Position numbers and translations under genes: made by a program
The notes under the pieces: model-generated
Database searches by the model: none
What the model was told of the DNA's origin: nothing
Seen by the model: only the letters and a program-made list of their open reading frames with translations
Source of the DNA: Flavobacteriales bacterium
GTDB lineage: Bacteria > Bacteroidota > Bacteroidia > Flavobacteriales_D > CALLUQ01
Direction: 5' to 3'
Assembly (NCBI GenBank): GCA_963669295.1
Contig: OY769938.1
Span: 2,286,394-2,350,393 of the forward strand
DNA length: 64,000 nucleotides
In this document: positions 8,618 through 18,800 of the stretch, in pieces
Numbering within the stretch: the stretch's first letter is position 1
How the letters are laid out: the number at the start of each line of letters is the position of its first letter

Positions 8618-8652
8618 AATTCCAACCTTTTTAAACCTTTTGAGTCTTTAGG
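8618..8652 (+). promoter_or_regulatory. ECF-type promoter candidate, copy B of the shared 35-bp motif, upstream of the alpha-2-macroglobulin gene
   Basis: AATTCCAACCTTTTTAAACCTTTTGAGTCTTTAGG, 45 nt upstream of ATG 8698. Same orientation relative to its gene as copy A. Confidence 0.5.
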
Positions 8653-8697
8653 TGTACAGGGAATTAAATCGAACAATAAAATAACTAACTTATCGGT

Positions 8698-11600
8698 ATG
8701 AAACGACGAAAGTTATTGACCCTCCTCCTGCTGTTTGTGGCCAGCATAGCAGGAGCAATTGCTATTTACAATACTTCTTCCATCAATACACCCCCGCCTT
8801 TGTTGGTGTTTCCCGAAGGAAGCGATTATGAGCAGGCATGGAGCAAAGTAGATTCGCTGCACAATAAAGGGCTTGTAAAATCGGCATTGGAAGTCATAGA
8901 CGATATTTACAACGAAGCCATGTCTGACCACAATTATGAACAGGTGGCCAAAGCGGTTATTCACAAACTAAAGTTCAATTCCTACATTCAAGAAGAAGAT
9001 TTTGAACTGGCCATCAATGATTTAGATAGCCTGGCAAAAACCGCCCCCTTTCCACTCAAGCAGGTCATTCATTCGTTAAATGCAGAAATATATTGGGGCT
9101 ACTATCAAAACAATTATTGGAAATTTAGCCAACGTTCGCATACGGTTAACTTCGACAATACCGACATCCGTACATGGAGTCTCGAGCAAATTGCTGATCA
9201 AGTCATCAAAAACTACATGGCTTCGTTAGAAAATGCAGATGAGCTGAAACGAGTACCTATTAAAACCTTTGATGCGATCTTAATTAAAGGCAATGCAGAT
9301 TACTTGCGTTCTTCGTTGTACGATTTTTTGGCGCATCGTGCATTCGATTTTTTACGAAACAGCGAAGTAGACCTTACCAAACCAGCCTACCGTTTTGAAA
9401 TAAAAGACGAAAAGTACTTTGGTGATGCTGATGCATTTATAGCAATGCAAGTAACCACGCCCGATAGCATGTCTACCAAGTACTACGCAGTAAAAATATT
9501 GCAAGACCTCACACGGTTACACATCAACGATAAAGACCCCTCAGCATTGGTAGACATTGAGTTGAAGCGATTGCGTTTTGCAAACACTTACGCTGTGATT
9601 GAGAACAAGGAGCAACGATATTACGATGCGTTAAAACGGCTGGAAACATTTTGTAAAGATCATGTGTCGAGTACTGAAGTAATGCATCAATTGGCACAAT
9701 ACCATTACCAACGAGGTATGCGTTACAACCCAGCACAATCACAAGAATTTAAAGATGAACTTAAAATAGCGCATAAAATATGTGTTGAAGCCAATACCAA
9801 TTACCCAAAATCATATGGTGCAGATTTGTGTAGGAACCTATTGAGCTCTATTGAAGAAAAAGCCATGAACTTCTCTTTAGAAGAGGTGAGCACTCCAGGG
9901 AAACCTTTTCGCACGCTGTTTACCTACAAAAATGTAAAGCGGGTTTATTTTAAGGTAGTGCGGTTGGATCCGCAGTATCACATTAGTCGCAATAACAACA
10001 GGTACGGCAAGGAATTAATACAATGGCTCAACAAAAAAGAACCTGTAAAAGAATGGCTGCAAGAACTCCCTGATGAAGGCGATTATCAGTCGCATGCTGT
10101 GGAACTGAAGATGCCTGAATTAAATTATGGGCATTACATGGTTATGGCAGGTAGCGACAAAGAATTTAGTGGAAACGAACAGGCAGTAGCTTATGCTTCC
10201 TTTTGGAGCTCTAACATCAGCTATGTAAATAGGAAAAATGCAGATGAAACCTTGGATTTCACAGTATTTCATCGTACCACCGGTATGCCACTAAAAGGAG
10301 TCAATGCCCAATTGTATTACCGCAAGTACAATTATGTATCGCGTAAATACGAGGTCAATAAAGCCGAAAGCTATACCACCAATCAGGATGGGGGCTTTAC
10401 GGTGCCCACACGAGGCAGAGATTCTCGTTATGTGTATGTAGAGTTTACCAAAGACGATGACCGGTATTTTAATGCCAGTGAATTTTACCAGTATAGACGA
10501 AACAACCAGGAGCCAAGAGCACATATTGTGACTCATTTTTATACCGATAGAGGCATATATCGACCTGGTCAAACCATTTACTTTAAAGGCATTGTACTCG
10601 AATCTAAAGGCGAATCGCACAAAATAAAGGCCAACTACACCACAACCGTTACGTTGTATGATGTAAATGGACAAAAAGTGGAAGACGTTAAGCTAACCAC
10701 CAACGAGTTTGGTACTGTTAGTGGGTCGTTTACTGCTCCTATGGGAGTATTAAACGGACAAATGCGTATTAGCGATAAACATGGCTCTAAGTACTTTTCT
10801 GTGGAAGAGTACAAGCGACCAAAGTTTGAGGTGGAGTTTTTGCCGGTAAAAGGCAGCTACAAACTGGGGCAACAGGTTACTGTAAAAGGTACAGCAAAGG
10901 CCTATGCAGGTGCTAACATTGATGGAGCGAATGTTACTTACAGGGTTACGCGTTATGCCAACTTCCCTTATTGGGTGTACTATCGCTGGGGCTACTATCC
11001 TTATTCCAGCGAAATAGAAATCACTAATGGCACTACAACAACGGATGAAAACGGAGCGTTTGTGGTAGATTTTACAGCGTTGGCCGACAACAGTGTGGAT
11101 GCTAAGTTTCGTCCTACCTATAACTATACAGTAACGGCAGATGTAACTGATATTAATGGAGAAACACATAGCGCCAACACATGGGTATATGTAGGATATA
11201 ATGCCATGAATTTAAGTGTTAATGTTCCTGGGCGCTTGAATGTATTGGATGAAAACAAATTTCAGGTGAGCACTACCAACCTTAACGGGGAAAAAGTGAA
11301 TGCGAAAGGCACCATTAAAATAGTGAAGTTGAAAGAACATCCGGAGTTGCTGCGGTCACGTCAATGGCAAAAACCCGATTTACACTTATTATCAAAAGAA
11401 GAGTACCGCAAGGCATTTCCTGTAGACATCTATAGCGATGAGTTGAATTCTTTCCAATGGAAGGAGGAAACTGTAGTAATGGAAACAACATTCGACACTA
11501 AAAAAACCAATGACCTACACTTGGATAATTTATCCAAGTGGAAACAAGGCTATTATAAATTAGAAGCTGCATCAACGGATAGCTTTGGAGTAGAAGTGAT

Positions 11601-14600
11601 TGAAGAAAAGTACTTTACGGTATTCAATGAGAAGAGTAAGCAATGCCCTGAAAATACCTTCCACTGGTTTGCGCGATTAAAAGACCATGGAGAACCAGGA
11701 GAACAAGCAGAGTTTCTCATTGGCTCAAGGGCAAAAAATGTAAAAGTACTGTGCGAAATCGAGCACAAAGAAGAAATAGTAAGCAAACAGTGGCTTACCT
11801 TAAGCAATGAACAGCGAAAAATTACAGTACCCATTGAAGAAAAACACCGGGGCAACTTTGCTATACACTTTACTTTCGTAAAAGAGAACCGCTGTTATAC
11901 ACAAACAGAGGTGGTATACGTACCACGCACCAACAAGCAACTTGACATGGAATTTTCCACCTTTAGAAATAAGTTGCTGCCCGGACAGGAAGAAGAGTGG
12001 AAAGTAAAAATCAAATCAAAAAATGGCGATAAAGTAGCGGCAGAAATGTTAGCAACCATGTACGATGCCTCATTGGATGAATTCAGAAGCAATTACTTTG
12101 GATTGAACATTTATCAAAGCTATTATGCCAGAAGAAACTGGTCGGCTTACCACGGGTTCAGCTATCGAAGTGCTCAATTATTTGCAGACAACTGGAACCG
12201 CTATCATTCATACGAGGGAAGGGAATACGATTACCTCAACTGGTTTAACTTTGATCGTTACCGCTATTCCCGCTACTCAGGCTATGAATACCAATGGGAT
12301 TTTGGGGAGGCTGAAGGAAATATGCCCATGGCTATGGATGAAACCATGGCTGAAGAAGATGCGCCTTCTCCTGATGGGGCTTATACCATGACTATAGCAG
12401 ATGCAAATGGTGCATCAGCTACTATAAGCAATAACACTACTTCAAGAGAAAGAGAAAGGGGAGGCGAAACAGATAAATTAGTATCGGGGTTGGTTACTGA
12501 ACAGCAAAAAGGAGAAACGGGTCAATCAGGGAAAGACCTGGGCAAGGTGAAGGCACGTACTAATTTAAACGAAACGGCATTTTTTTACCCACAGTTGCAA
12601 ACCAATGAAGCGGGTGAGGTTATCATAAAGTTCACTATTCCGGAAGCATTAACACGGTGGAAGTTTTTAGGAATGGCACATACCAAAGACTTGCAAATAG
12701 GCACCATTACCGAAAGTGTGGTAACGCAAAAGGAATTGATGGTAATGCCGAATCCACCAAGATTTTTTAGGGAAAGTGATAAAATGACCTTTTCGGCCAA
12801 GGTGTCGAACCTGGCAGAGGAAGACCAAACAGGTACAGCACAATTGTTTTTGTTCGATGCAATTACCATGAAGCCGCTCGATCAGCAATTTAAACTCAGC
12901 AATGCACAGCAATCATTTTCTGTGAAGCAAGGGCAAAGCACCGCACTAAACTGGAACATTGAAATTCCGGAAGGAATACAAGCGGTAACCTATCGTATGG
13001 TGGCAAAAGCCGGAAAATTTAGCGATGGAGAAGAAATGGCATTGCCTGTATTAACCAACAGGATGCTGGTAACAGAGTCACTACCCTTACCAATGAAAGG
13101 GAAGGGCAGCAAAACATTTACCCTCAAGAAACTGATGAATTCAGGGAAATCCAAGACCTTGAAAAACCATAAGCTTACGTTAGAATACACTTCTAACCCG
13201 GCATGGTATGCCATTCAGGCAATGCCTTATATGATGGAATACCCCTACGAATGCGCAGAGCAAACCTTTACCCGCTACTATGCAAACAGTTTGGCTACGC
13301 ACATTATGAACTCTAACCCTAAAATCAAAAAAGTATTCGATAGCTGGAAGCAAAACAGCAAAGAAGCTTTCTTATCGAACCTCGAAAAGAACCAGGAGTT
13401 GAAAGCATTGCTGCTCGAAGAAACCCCATGGGTAGTGAATGCGCAAGATGAAGCAGAGCGTAAAAACAGAATAGCACTGTTATTCGACCTCAACAAGATG
13501 AGCAATGAGTTGGCGCGAGCCATGGATAAACTGCAAAAGGCTCAGGTGTCTAATGGAGGATGGCCATGGTTCCCGGGGATGCCTGAAAGCAGATACATTA
13601 CCCAACACATTGTAACAGGCATGGGGCACCTCGATCGATTAGGAGTAAAAAATGTGCGCGAAGACCGTAAGGTATGGGGGATGGTACAAAACGGGGTGCG
13701 CTACCTTGATCAACGTATCATTGAGGATTACCAGTATGTGAAAAAGCACTGGCCCGATTCTTATCGCAAAAACAAACACATCACCAACACACAAATTCAG
13801 TATTTGTATGCACGCAGTTACTTTATGGATTTGCCTGTAAGAGGTCAATTAAAGGAGGCCGTTGATTACTATAAAGAACAAACGAGCAAGTACTGGTTGG
13901 ACTACAACATCTACATGGAAGGAATGATGGCCATAAGCATGCACCGTATGGATGAAAAAACATTGGCCAACGATATTGTAAAATCATTAAAAGAAAGAGC
14001 ATTAACCAATGACGAAATGGGAATGTACTGGAAAGACCTTACAGTAGGAGGCTACTATTGGTACCAGGCACCCATAGAAACACAAGCACTGTTAATCGAA
14101 GTGTTTGATGAGGTAGCTAATGATCAAGCAGCAGTAGAAGAAATGAAAGTTTGGCTGCTCAAGCAAAAGCAAACACAAGACTGGAAAACGACTAAAGCAA
14201 CTGCCGAAGCATGTTATGCATTGCTGCTAAAAGGAACAGATTGGTTGTCAGACGACGACATTGTAGAGGTAAAAGTGGGAACCATTCAAATTGTACCTAC
14301 CACTGCAGAAGCACGCGATGAAGGCAACAAACGTTACGTAACCACTGAAGCTGGGACAGGTTACTTTAAAACCTCGTGGAATGGTAACGCTATTACGCCC
14401 GACATGGGTAGCGTAAGTGTGACGAAAAAAACGGATGGTGTAGCCTGGGGAGCGTTGTACTGGCAGTACTTTGAACAGTTAGATAAAATCACACCACATG
14501 AAACACCTTTGAAGTTGAACAAACAGTTGTTTTTAGAACAGTTAACAAACGCAGGCCCAGTAATTACTCCGGTAACTGAAAAAACAACCCTAAAGCCAGG

Positions 14601-14928
14601 AGATAAGATCAAAGTACGCATTGAGTTAAGGGTAGATCGAGCCATGGAGTATGTACATATGAAAGACATGCGCGCTGCCGGGTTTGAGCCTACTAATGTT
14701 ATTTCCAGCTACCGCTATCAAGATGGGTTGGGATACTATCAATCAACCAGAGATGCGGCCACCAACTTTTTTATGGATTACATGGCGAAAGGTACCTATG
14801 TATTCGAATATGATTTAAGGGTTTCCCACAAAGGGAATTTCTCCAATGGAGTGACCACCATACAATGCATGTATGCCCCAGAATTTACCTCGCATTCGGA
14901 AGGCATTCGGGTGCAAGTAGGAAAATAG
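8698..14928 (+). CDS. alpha-2-macroglobulin family protein (large, thioester-type)
   Basis: 2076 aa. MG-domain signature YRPGQTIYFKGIV. CxEQ thioester motif YECAEQT (CAEQ at 13252-13263). Signal-anchor N-terminus. Confidence 0.85.
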   Translation: MKRRKLLTLLLLFVASIAGAIAIYNTSSINTPPPLLVFPEGSDYEQAWSKVDSLHNKGLVKSALEVIDDIYNEAMSDHNYEQVAKAVIHKLKFNSYIQEEDFELAINDLDSLAKTAPFPLKQVIHSLNAEIYWGYYQNNYWKFSQRSHTVNFDNTDIRTWSLEQIADQVIKNYMASLENADELKRVPIKTFDAILIKGNADYLRSSLYDFLAHRAFDFLRNSEVDLTKPAYRFEIKDEKYFGDADAFIAMQVTTPDSMSTKYYAVKILQDLTRLHINDKDPSALVDIELKRLRFANTYAVIENKEQRYYDALKRLETFCKDHVSSTEVMHQLAQYHYQRGMRYNPAQSQEFKDELKIAHKICVEANTNYPKSYGADLCRNLLSSIEEKAMNFSLEEVSTPGKPFRTLFTYKNVKRVYFKVVRLDPQYHISRNNNRYGKELIQWLNKKEPVKEWLQELPDEGDYQSHAVELKMPELNYGHYMVMAGSDKEFSGNEQAVAYASFWSSNISYVNRKNADETLDFTVFHRTTGMPLKGVNAQLYYRKYNYVSRKYEVNKAESYTTNQDGGFTVPTRGRDSRYVYVEFTKDDDRYFNASEFYQYRRNNQEPRAHIVTHFYTDRGIYRPGQTIYFKGIVLESKGESHKIKANYTTTVTLYDVNGQKVEDVKLTTNEFGTVSGSFTAPMGVLNGQMRISDKHGSKYFSVEEYKRPKFEVEFLPVKGSYKLGQQVTVKGTAKAYAGANIDGANVTYRVTRYANFPYWVYYRWGYYPYSSEIEITNGTTTTDENGAFVVDFTALADNSVDAKFRPTYNYTVTADVTDINGETHSANTWVYVGYNAMNLSVNVPGRLNVLDENKFQVSTTNLNGEKVNAKGTIKIVKLKEHPELLRSRQWQKPDLHLLSKEEYRKAFPVDIYSDELNSFQWKEETVVMETTFDTKKTNDLHLDNLSKWKQGYYKLEAASTDSFGVEVIEEKYFTVFNEKSKQCPENTFHWFARLKDHGEPGEQAEFLIGSRAKNVKVLCEIEHKEEIVSKQWLTLSNEQRKITVPIEEKHRGNFAIHFTFVKENRCYTQTEVVYVPRTNKQLDMEFSTFRNKLLPGQEEEWKVKIKSKNGDKVAAEMLATMYDASLDEFRSNYFGLNIYQSYYARRNWSAYHGFSYRSAQLFADNWNRYHSYEGREYDYLNWFNFDRYRYSRYSGYEYQWDFGEAEGNMPMAMDETMAEEDAPSPDGAYTMTIADANGASATISNNTTSRERERGGETDKLVSGLVTEQQKGETGQSGKDLGKVKARTNLNETAFFYPQLQTNEAGEVIIKFTIPEALTRWKFLGMAHTKDLQIGTITESVVTQKELMVMPNPPRFFRESDKMTFSAKVSNLAEEDQTGTAQLFLFDAITMKPLDQQFKLSNAQQSFSVKQGQSTALNWNIEIPEGIQAVTYRMVAKAGKFSDGEEMALPVLTNRMLVTESLPLPMKGKGSKTFTLKKLMNSGKSKTLKNHKLTLEYTSNPAWYAIQAMPYMMEYPYECAEQTFTRYYANSLATHIMNSNPKIKKVFDSWKQNSKEAFLSNLEKNQELKALLLEETPWVVNAQDEAERKNRIALLFDLNKMSNELARAMDKLQKAQVSNGGWPWFPGMPESRYITQHIVTGMGHLDRLGVKNVREDRKVWGMVQNGVRYLDQRIIEDYQYVKKHWPDSYRKNKHITNTQIQYLYARSYFMDLPVRGQLKEAVDYYKEQTSKYWLDYNIYMEGMMAISMHRMDEKTLANDIVKSLKERALTNDEMGMYWKDLTVGGYYWYQAPIETQALLIEVFDEVANDQAAVEEMKVWLLKQKQTQDWKTTKATAEACYALLLKGTDWLSDDDIVEVKVGTIQIVPTTAEARDEGNKRYVTTEAGTGYFKTSWNGNAITPDMGSVSVTKKTDGVAWGALYWQYFEQLDKITPHETPLKLNKQLFLEQLTNAGPVITPVTEKTTLKPGDKIKVRIELRVDRAMEYVHMKDMRAAGFEPTNVISSYRYQDGLGYYQSTRDAATNFFMDYMAKGTYVFEYDLRVSHKGNFSNGVTTIQCMYAPEFTSHSEGIRVQVGK

Positions 14929-15029
14929 TGATAGCCAATTGGGTGACCTTCCTGTATGAGGCAGTATATAGATTAAAACAGCCATTTGGCGCTTGCTACA
15001 TAATTTTTGTTAGTAACACATGGATGTTC

Positions 15030-15037
15030 TATATTTG
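15030..15037 (+). promoter_or_regulatory. Bacteroidota -7 box (TAnnTTTG)
   Basis: TATATTTG, 26 nt upstream of ATG 15063. Confidence 0.4.
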
Positions 15038-15062
15038 TCACTACCTTAAACCAAAACCCGTC

Positions 15063-15632
15063 ATGAAGAAATTATTGCTTCCTTTTGCGGTAATCGCAAC
15101 AATTGCCCTTGTTAGTTGCGGAGGAAATTCTGAAGCCGATAGCACTAACGAAACCGATTCTACTAATGTAGAAGTGGTAGATACTAAAGGCATGATCGAA
15201 TTGATGCTCACAGAGCATGGATACGACCTAAAAGTGATGGTTCCAAATGAAGATGAAGCAAAAGGTACGCCTGTGGTTTCTTTAAATGATGCTACCGGTG
15301 CTTTAGACATCAAAGTGGGAGAGAACTTTCATTTTTCTTTGATGGAAGATGACATGGCCTACCTGCAAGAAACCTTAACATTGTTAAAGAGCGATCTCGC
15401 AGAGAACTTTACCTTCAACAACACCATCATTACTGATGAAGAAAATTGTTTGGTATACAAGTCAGCATTGAAGAACGATGCAGAACGAGAGTACTATCAT
15501 TTTTTCTCGATTGTTGAGGTTGGAGGCAAATACTATAGTGTTCAAGACGATCAAATGGGTGAGTTTAAACAACACCACATCGATAAAATGTTAAAATCGT
15601 TGAAAACATTAGCCGCTGTAATGGCGTCCTAA
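15063..15632 (+). CDS. hypothetical lipoprotein
   Basis: Start moved to ATG 15063. Lipobox MKKLLLPFAVIATIALVSCGG. The upstream part of the tracked ORF overlaps the A2M gene end. Confidence 0.6.
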   Translation: MKKLLLPFAVIATIALVSCGGNSEADSTNETDSTNVEVVDTKGMIELMLTEHGYDLKVMVPNEDEAKGTPVVSLNDATGALDIKVGENFHFSLMEDDMAYLQETLTLLKSDLAENFTFNNTIITDEENCLVYKSALKNDAEREYYHFFSIVEVGGKYYSVQDDQMGEFKQHHIDKMLKSLKTLAAVMAS

Positions 15633-15655
15633 TGATTGCAACATAGTCCCTTAAA

Positions 15656-15690
15656 AACGTTATTGGAGATTTTCGAATAACGTTTTTTTT
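15656..15690 (+). terminator. rho-independent terminator
   Basis: Stem AACGTTATT / AATAACGTT followed by a T8 run. Confidence 0.7.
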
Positions 15691-15783
15691 ATGTTCTGAT
15701 AGTAGTATCGAACATCATTTACACATCAATTTCAGGAAGAAGGTTTTATCTACACCATGGGGTGTTAATAAGCAGTGTGCCGC

Positions 15784-15817
15784 AAAAAAAAGCCCCATTC
15801 CTAAAAAAGAATGGGGC
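15784..15817 (-). terminator. rho-independent terminator of the T9SS cargo gene
   Basis: Stem GCCCCATTC / GAATGGGGC with an A8 run on the plus strand (a T run on the minus strand), about 20 nt after the stop. Confidence 0.7.
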
Positions 15818-15837
15818 AATGTTATAATGGTTAGGTT

Positions 15838-18800
15838 TTATTGCTTCACAATTTGCTTGATATTAGAGTATTCACCACTACTCACACGAACATAGTAAAT
15901 ACCGTCTGCCAAATGGCTCAAGTTGATTTCGCGCATGTCTTTGTTGTTCAATCCACTCACGTCCTTGCTGTACATCACTTCACCCAATAGATTAACTACC
16001 TGAATGTTTACCGTTTGATCGGCATAACCATCCATTACAAGGTTAAACTCACCTTTAGATGGATTAGGGTAGATATTCAGTTGTGTGGCATTTTCATATT
16101 CCTCTTCCTCTAACGTATAACCAATAGTAAACGAATGAATGATGCTTCTTCCAAAATTAGGATTGAAGCTCACAAAAGCACCTTGCATGTCTCGCAGGCG
16201 CACCCAGCCGTTGCCATCGTTATTGGCAAAAAACGACATGCCATCATCATCCGAATCCAAAAACTCTAACCGGTAACAACCTGGGTTGAGAAGCACCGTG
16301 TCTTTATGTTGTGCGTAAGCGGTATAAGTTCCTGCCGAGCGGGAAGCGATGACATTATTCTGGTCGTCGTAAAGGTTCCACGAGTTTTCAGCTGCAGCAC
16401 TATTGGGGAGAGCCCAAACAACAATGCCATCATAATATACAGGGGGCACTTCGTAAGTGGTAGTATACGTGTTGTTGTAAGCATATTCATCGGCGCCACC
16501 ATTAGGACTGCTTATCGTAACAATAAAAGTATTTTGAGCACCACCGCCACCATTTACCCAAAACGTTTGACCGGAAATGGGTAACGATACTTCTTCTTCC
16601 TCCAAAAAGTCAAGGCTTCCATTCCAGGTATAGGTTTCAGCAGTACCACCATCTACCATATAAGTAATATCCAAGCTGGTTAAAGTAGTTGATCCAGTGT
16701 TTTTAATCTTTACCCTTGGGCTGGCACAAATAGGATTCATTCTGCCATAGATTTCCCAATCGTTAGGAGAAACGATATCTGTAATAGCAGCATCTAAAGC
16801 AAAGTTAGGTGCTCCATAAGAAATTAACTGTACTGCAATACGATAGTTACCTTCGCCACCACCACCAGGGTACGCCTCCATGCCATAGTCTACCGATACG
16901 GTAGTGCCAGGTGTTACCAATGGCGTTAACTCGTGATCATATGTATCCCCAAAAGTTCCGGGGCACCAGCCTGCACGATCGTAAATCCAGGTTCCTCCTT
17001 GTGGGAATACAGGATTATCAGCACACTCTTTCCAGTTCAACCATTGGAATTGTTGTACCCCATTTATTTCAAGGTGATGTAGCTTAGGGCAAAATTCTGC
17101 GCAATTTTCTCCACTACCAAAGCCATGGCCTGTGGTTCGTGTTTTAATGCGATACATCGAAGCATTAGGGTCGAGGTCGATATCTACTGCAGGCAATACC
17201 ACATCATCGGCAATAGCCGCATGTCCCCAATCACCTGTCCAAATGGTTTCAGCACTGATGACATCTCTTGGGGGCGTGCCTACAATCATCATGAATTTAA
17301 CATCGATCAATTCTTGCTGATTCCCCGCAGAGAAATCTATGGTATCATGCAACACAGGAGCATAGTCTGTTACATCGTATACCCAACGCGTACCATCAGG
17401 ACCAAGATCAAGTCCAATACCATAAGGAGTAACATAGTTTTGAATTTGAAAGGTTGAGCTACTGTAAAAGTTGAACAATTGATTACTGTAGCCAACCCAA
17501 ATAGAATCCAACACATTACCCATGTTGTCATAAGTATAACTATACCCTGGTAGCCAGGCGTAAACAGTATCAACTGCTGTCATGGTAATGCCAGTACTAT
17601 TAATATCAATAGTGGGTAACGATTCAAAAATAGTGATTGGTGGATTCATTACAGAGTCCGTTACTAAAGTAGAATCCCAATGTGTGTTATAGTTGCCCTG
17701 AACGAAAACAATGTTAGGGCGCTCCATGGCTTGTGTCATATTGCGGAAATGGTCACACCCATCAATGTATTCCCAGGCAGGAGTACCAATTAAAGTGCCT
17801 TCTTGATTACTTACTTCTTCACCAGCCAATAAACCATTCATATCGTCGAACTTATAATAAGCCGCCAGGTTGCTATAATAGGGGTGACTTGGATCAACAT
17901 CTTTAAACATCCAGTTTTGGATGGTGGTGGCATCAAGCGTAGCGTTAAACACTCTAAAATCATTGATGTATCCATCGTAACGCCCGTTGGTAGAGCTGGC
18001 CTGTCCGGCAATTTTAAAACTGGTAATGCCATCCATAGTGCGGGTTTTGCCAGTGCCACTGTGCCAAAGCACACCATTCAGGTAAATAAACATTTCACCA
18101 GTAGAAACATCTTTTGTAAATGCCCAATGGTTCCATTGCCCTGCAAAGTCAGCAAAGTTTGCGGCCTGGTCAATCCGATCATATCCAGAAGTGCCTGAGT
18201 TTCCAGCATCCCAATACACCCTGCTGTTGCTCCAGGGGAGGTGTGAATTAATAACACGGTAGCCATTGGCATCTCTCCCTTCAAAAGCATAAGAGTTTGA
18301 TGGCATAGCATTAGGGTCACCATAGCACCAAAACGAAACAGTAATGAAGCTATCAATAGCGGCAAATGCTGAAGCAGGAACATCTACGTAATCGGGTCTT
18401 CTAAAGGCAAGGTAACCATCGTCTTGCTGGCTGTAAACCGCGGAATTAAAGCCTGTAGCGTCACCCACTACGGTATTGTCTGTACCAGGGCCATTATTAT
18501 TGTAGCAAAACTCTACCACAATGTTGGAAGTACCATCCCAGTTAAAAGGGGTGGTGAAGTTAAGGTCGTTAAGTCCCAGGCTCCCAAAAGTGGTGTTGTA
18601 TTCATATACATTAGTGAATCCACTGGTTTCATAGTTGTTAATGTCAATATCGCTGTAAGCAGTATGCTTCATGCGGATTTGCAAATAGTTTAAGTCAGTA
18701 CCCAGAGCACTAAGATCCATGCGCAACTTATCAACATTACCGGCAGACATCCCTGCGCTAGTTAACTCACTGGCACGAAATAAATATTGGGCCTTACCCG

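Noticed and set aside
8713-14669. Numerous 60-140-aa antisense or off-frame ORFs inside the alpha-2-macroglobulin gene (for example 10291-10674 and 10750-11169).
   Set aside because: All are nested in a 2076-aa ORF with strong domain signatures. Their translations are low-complexity with no motifs.
14865-15062. 5' extensions of tracked ORFs: 14865 for the lipoprotein, 8177 for the repeat protein, 53432 for the BNR protein, 28223 for the HAD protein, 24354 for the binding protein, 22509 for DUF4139, 4626 for the vWA protein and 28481 for the small island ORF.
   Set aside because: In each case an internal ATG is immediately followed by a canonical signal peptide, lipobox or first conserved motif. 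The extension also overlaps an upstream gene, terminator or tRNA-flanking sequence.
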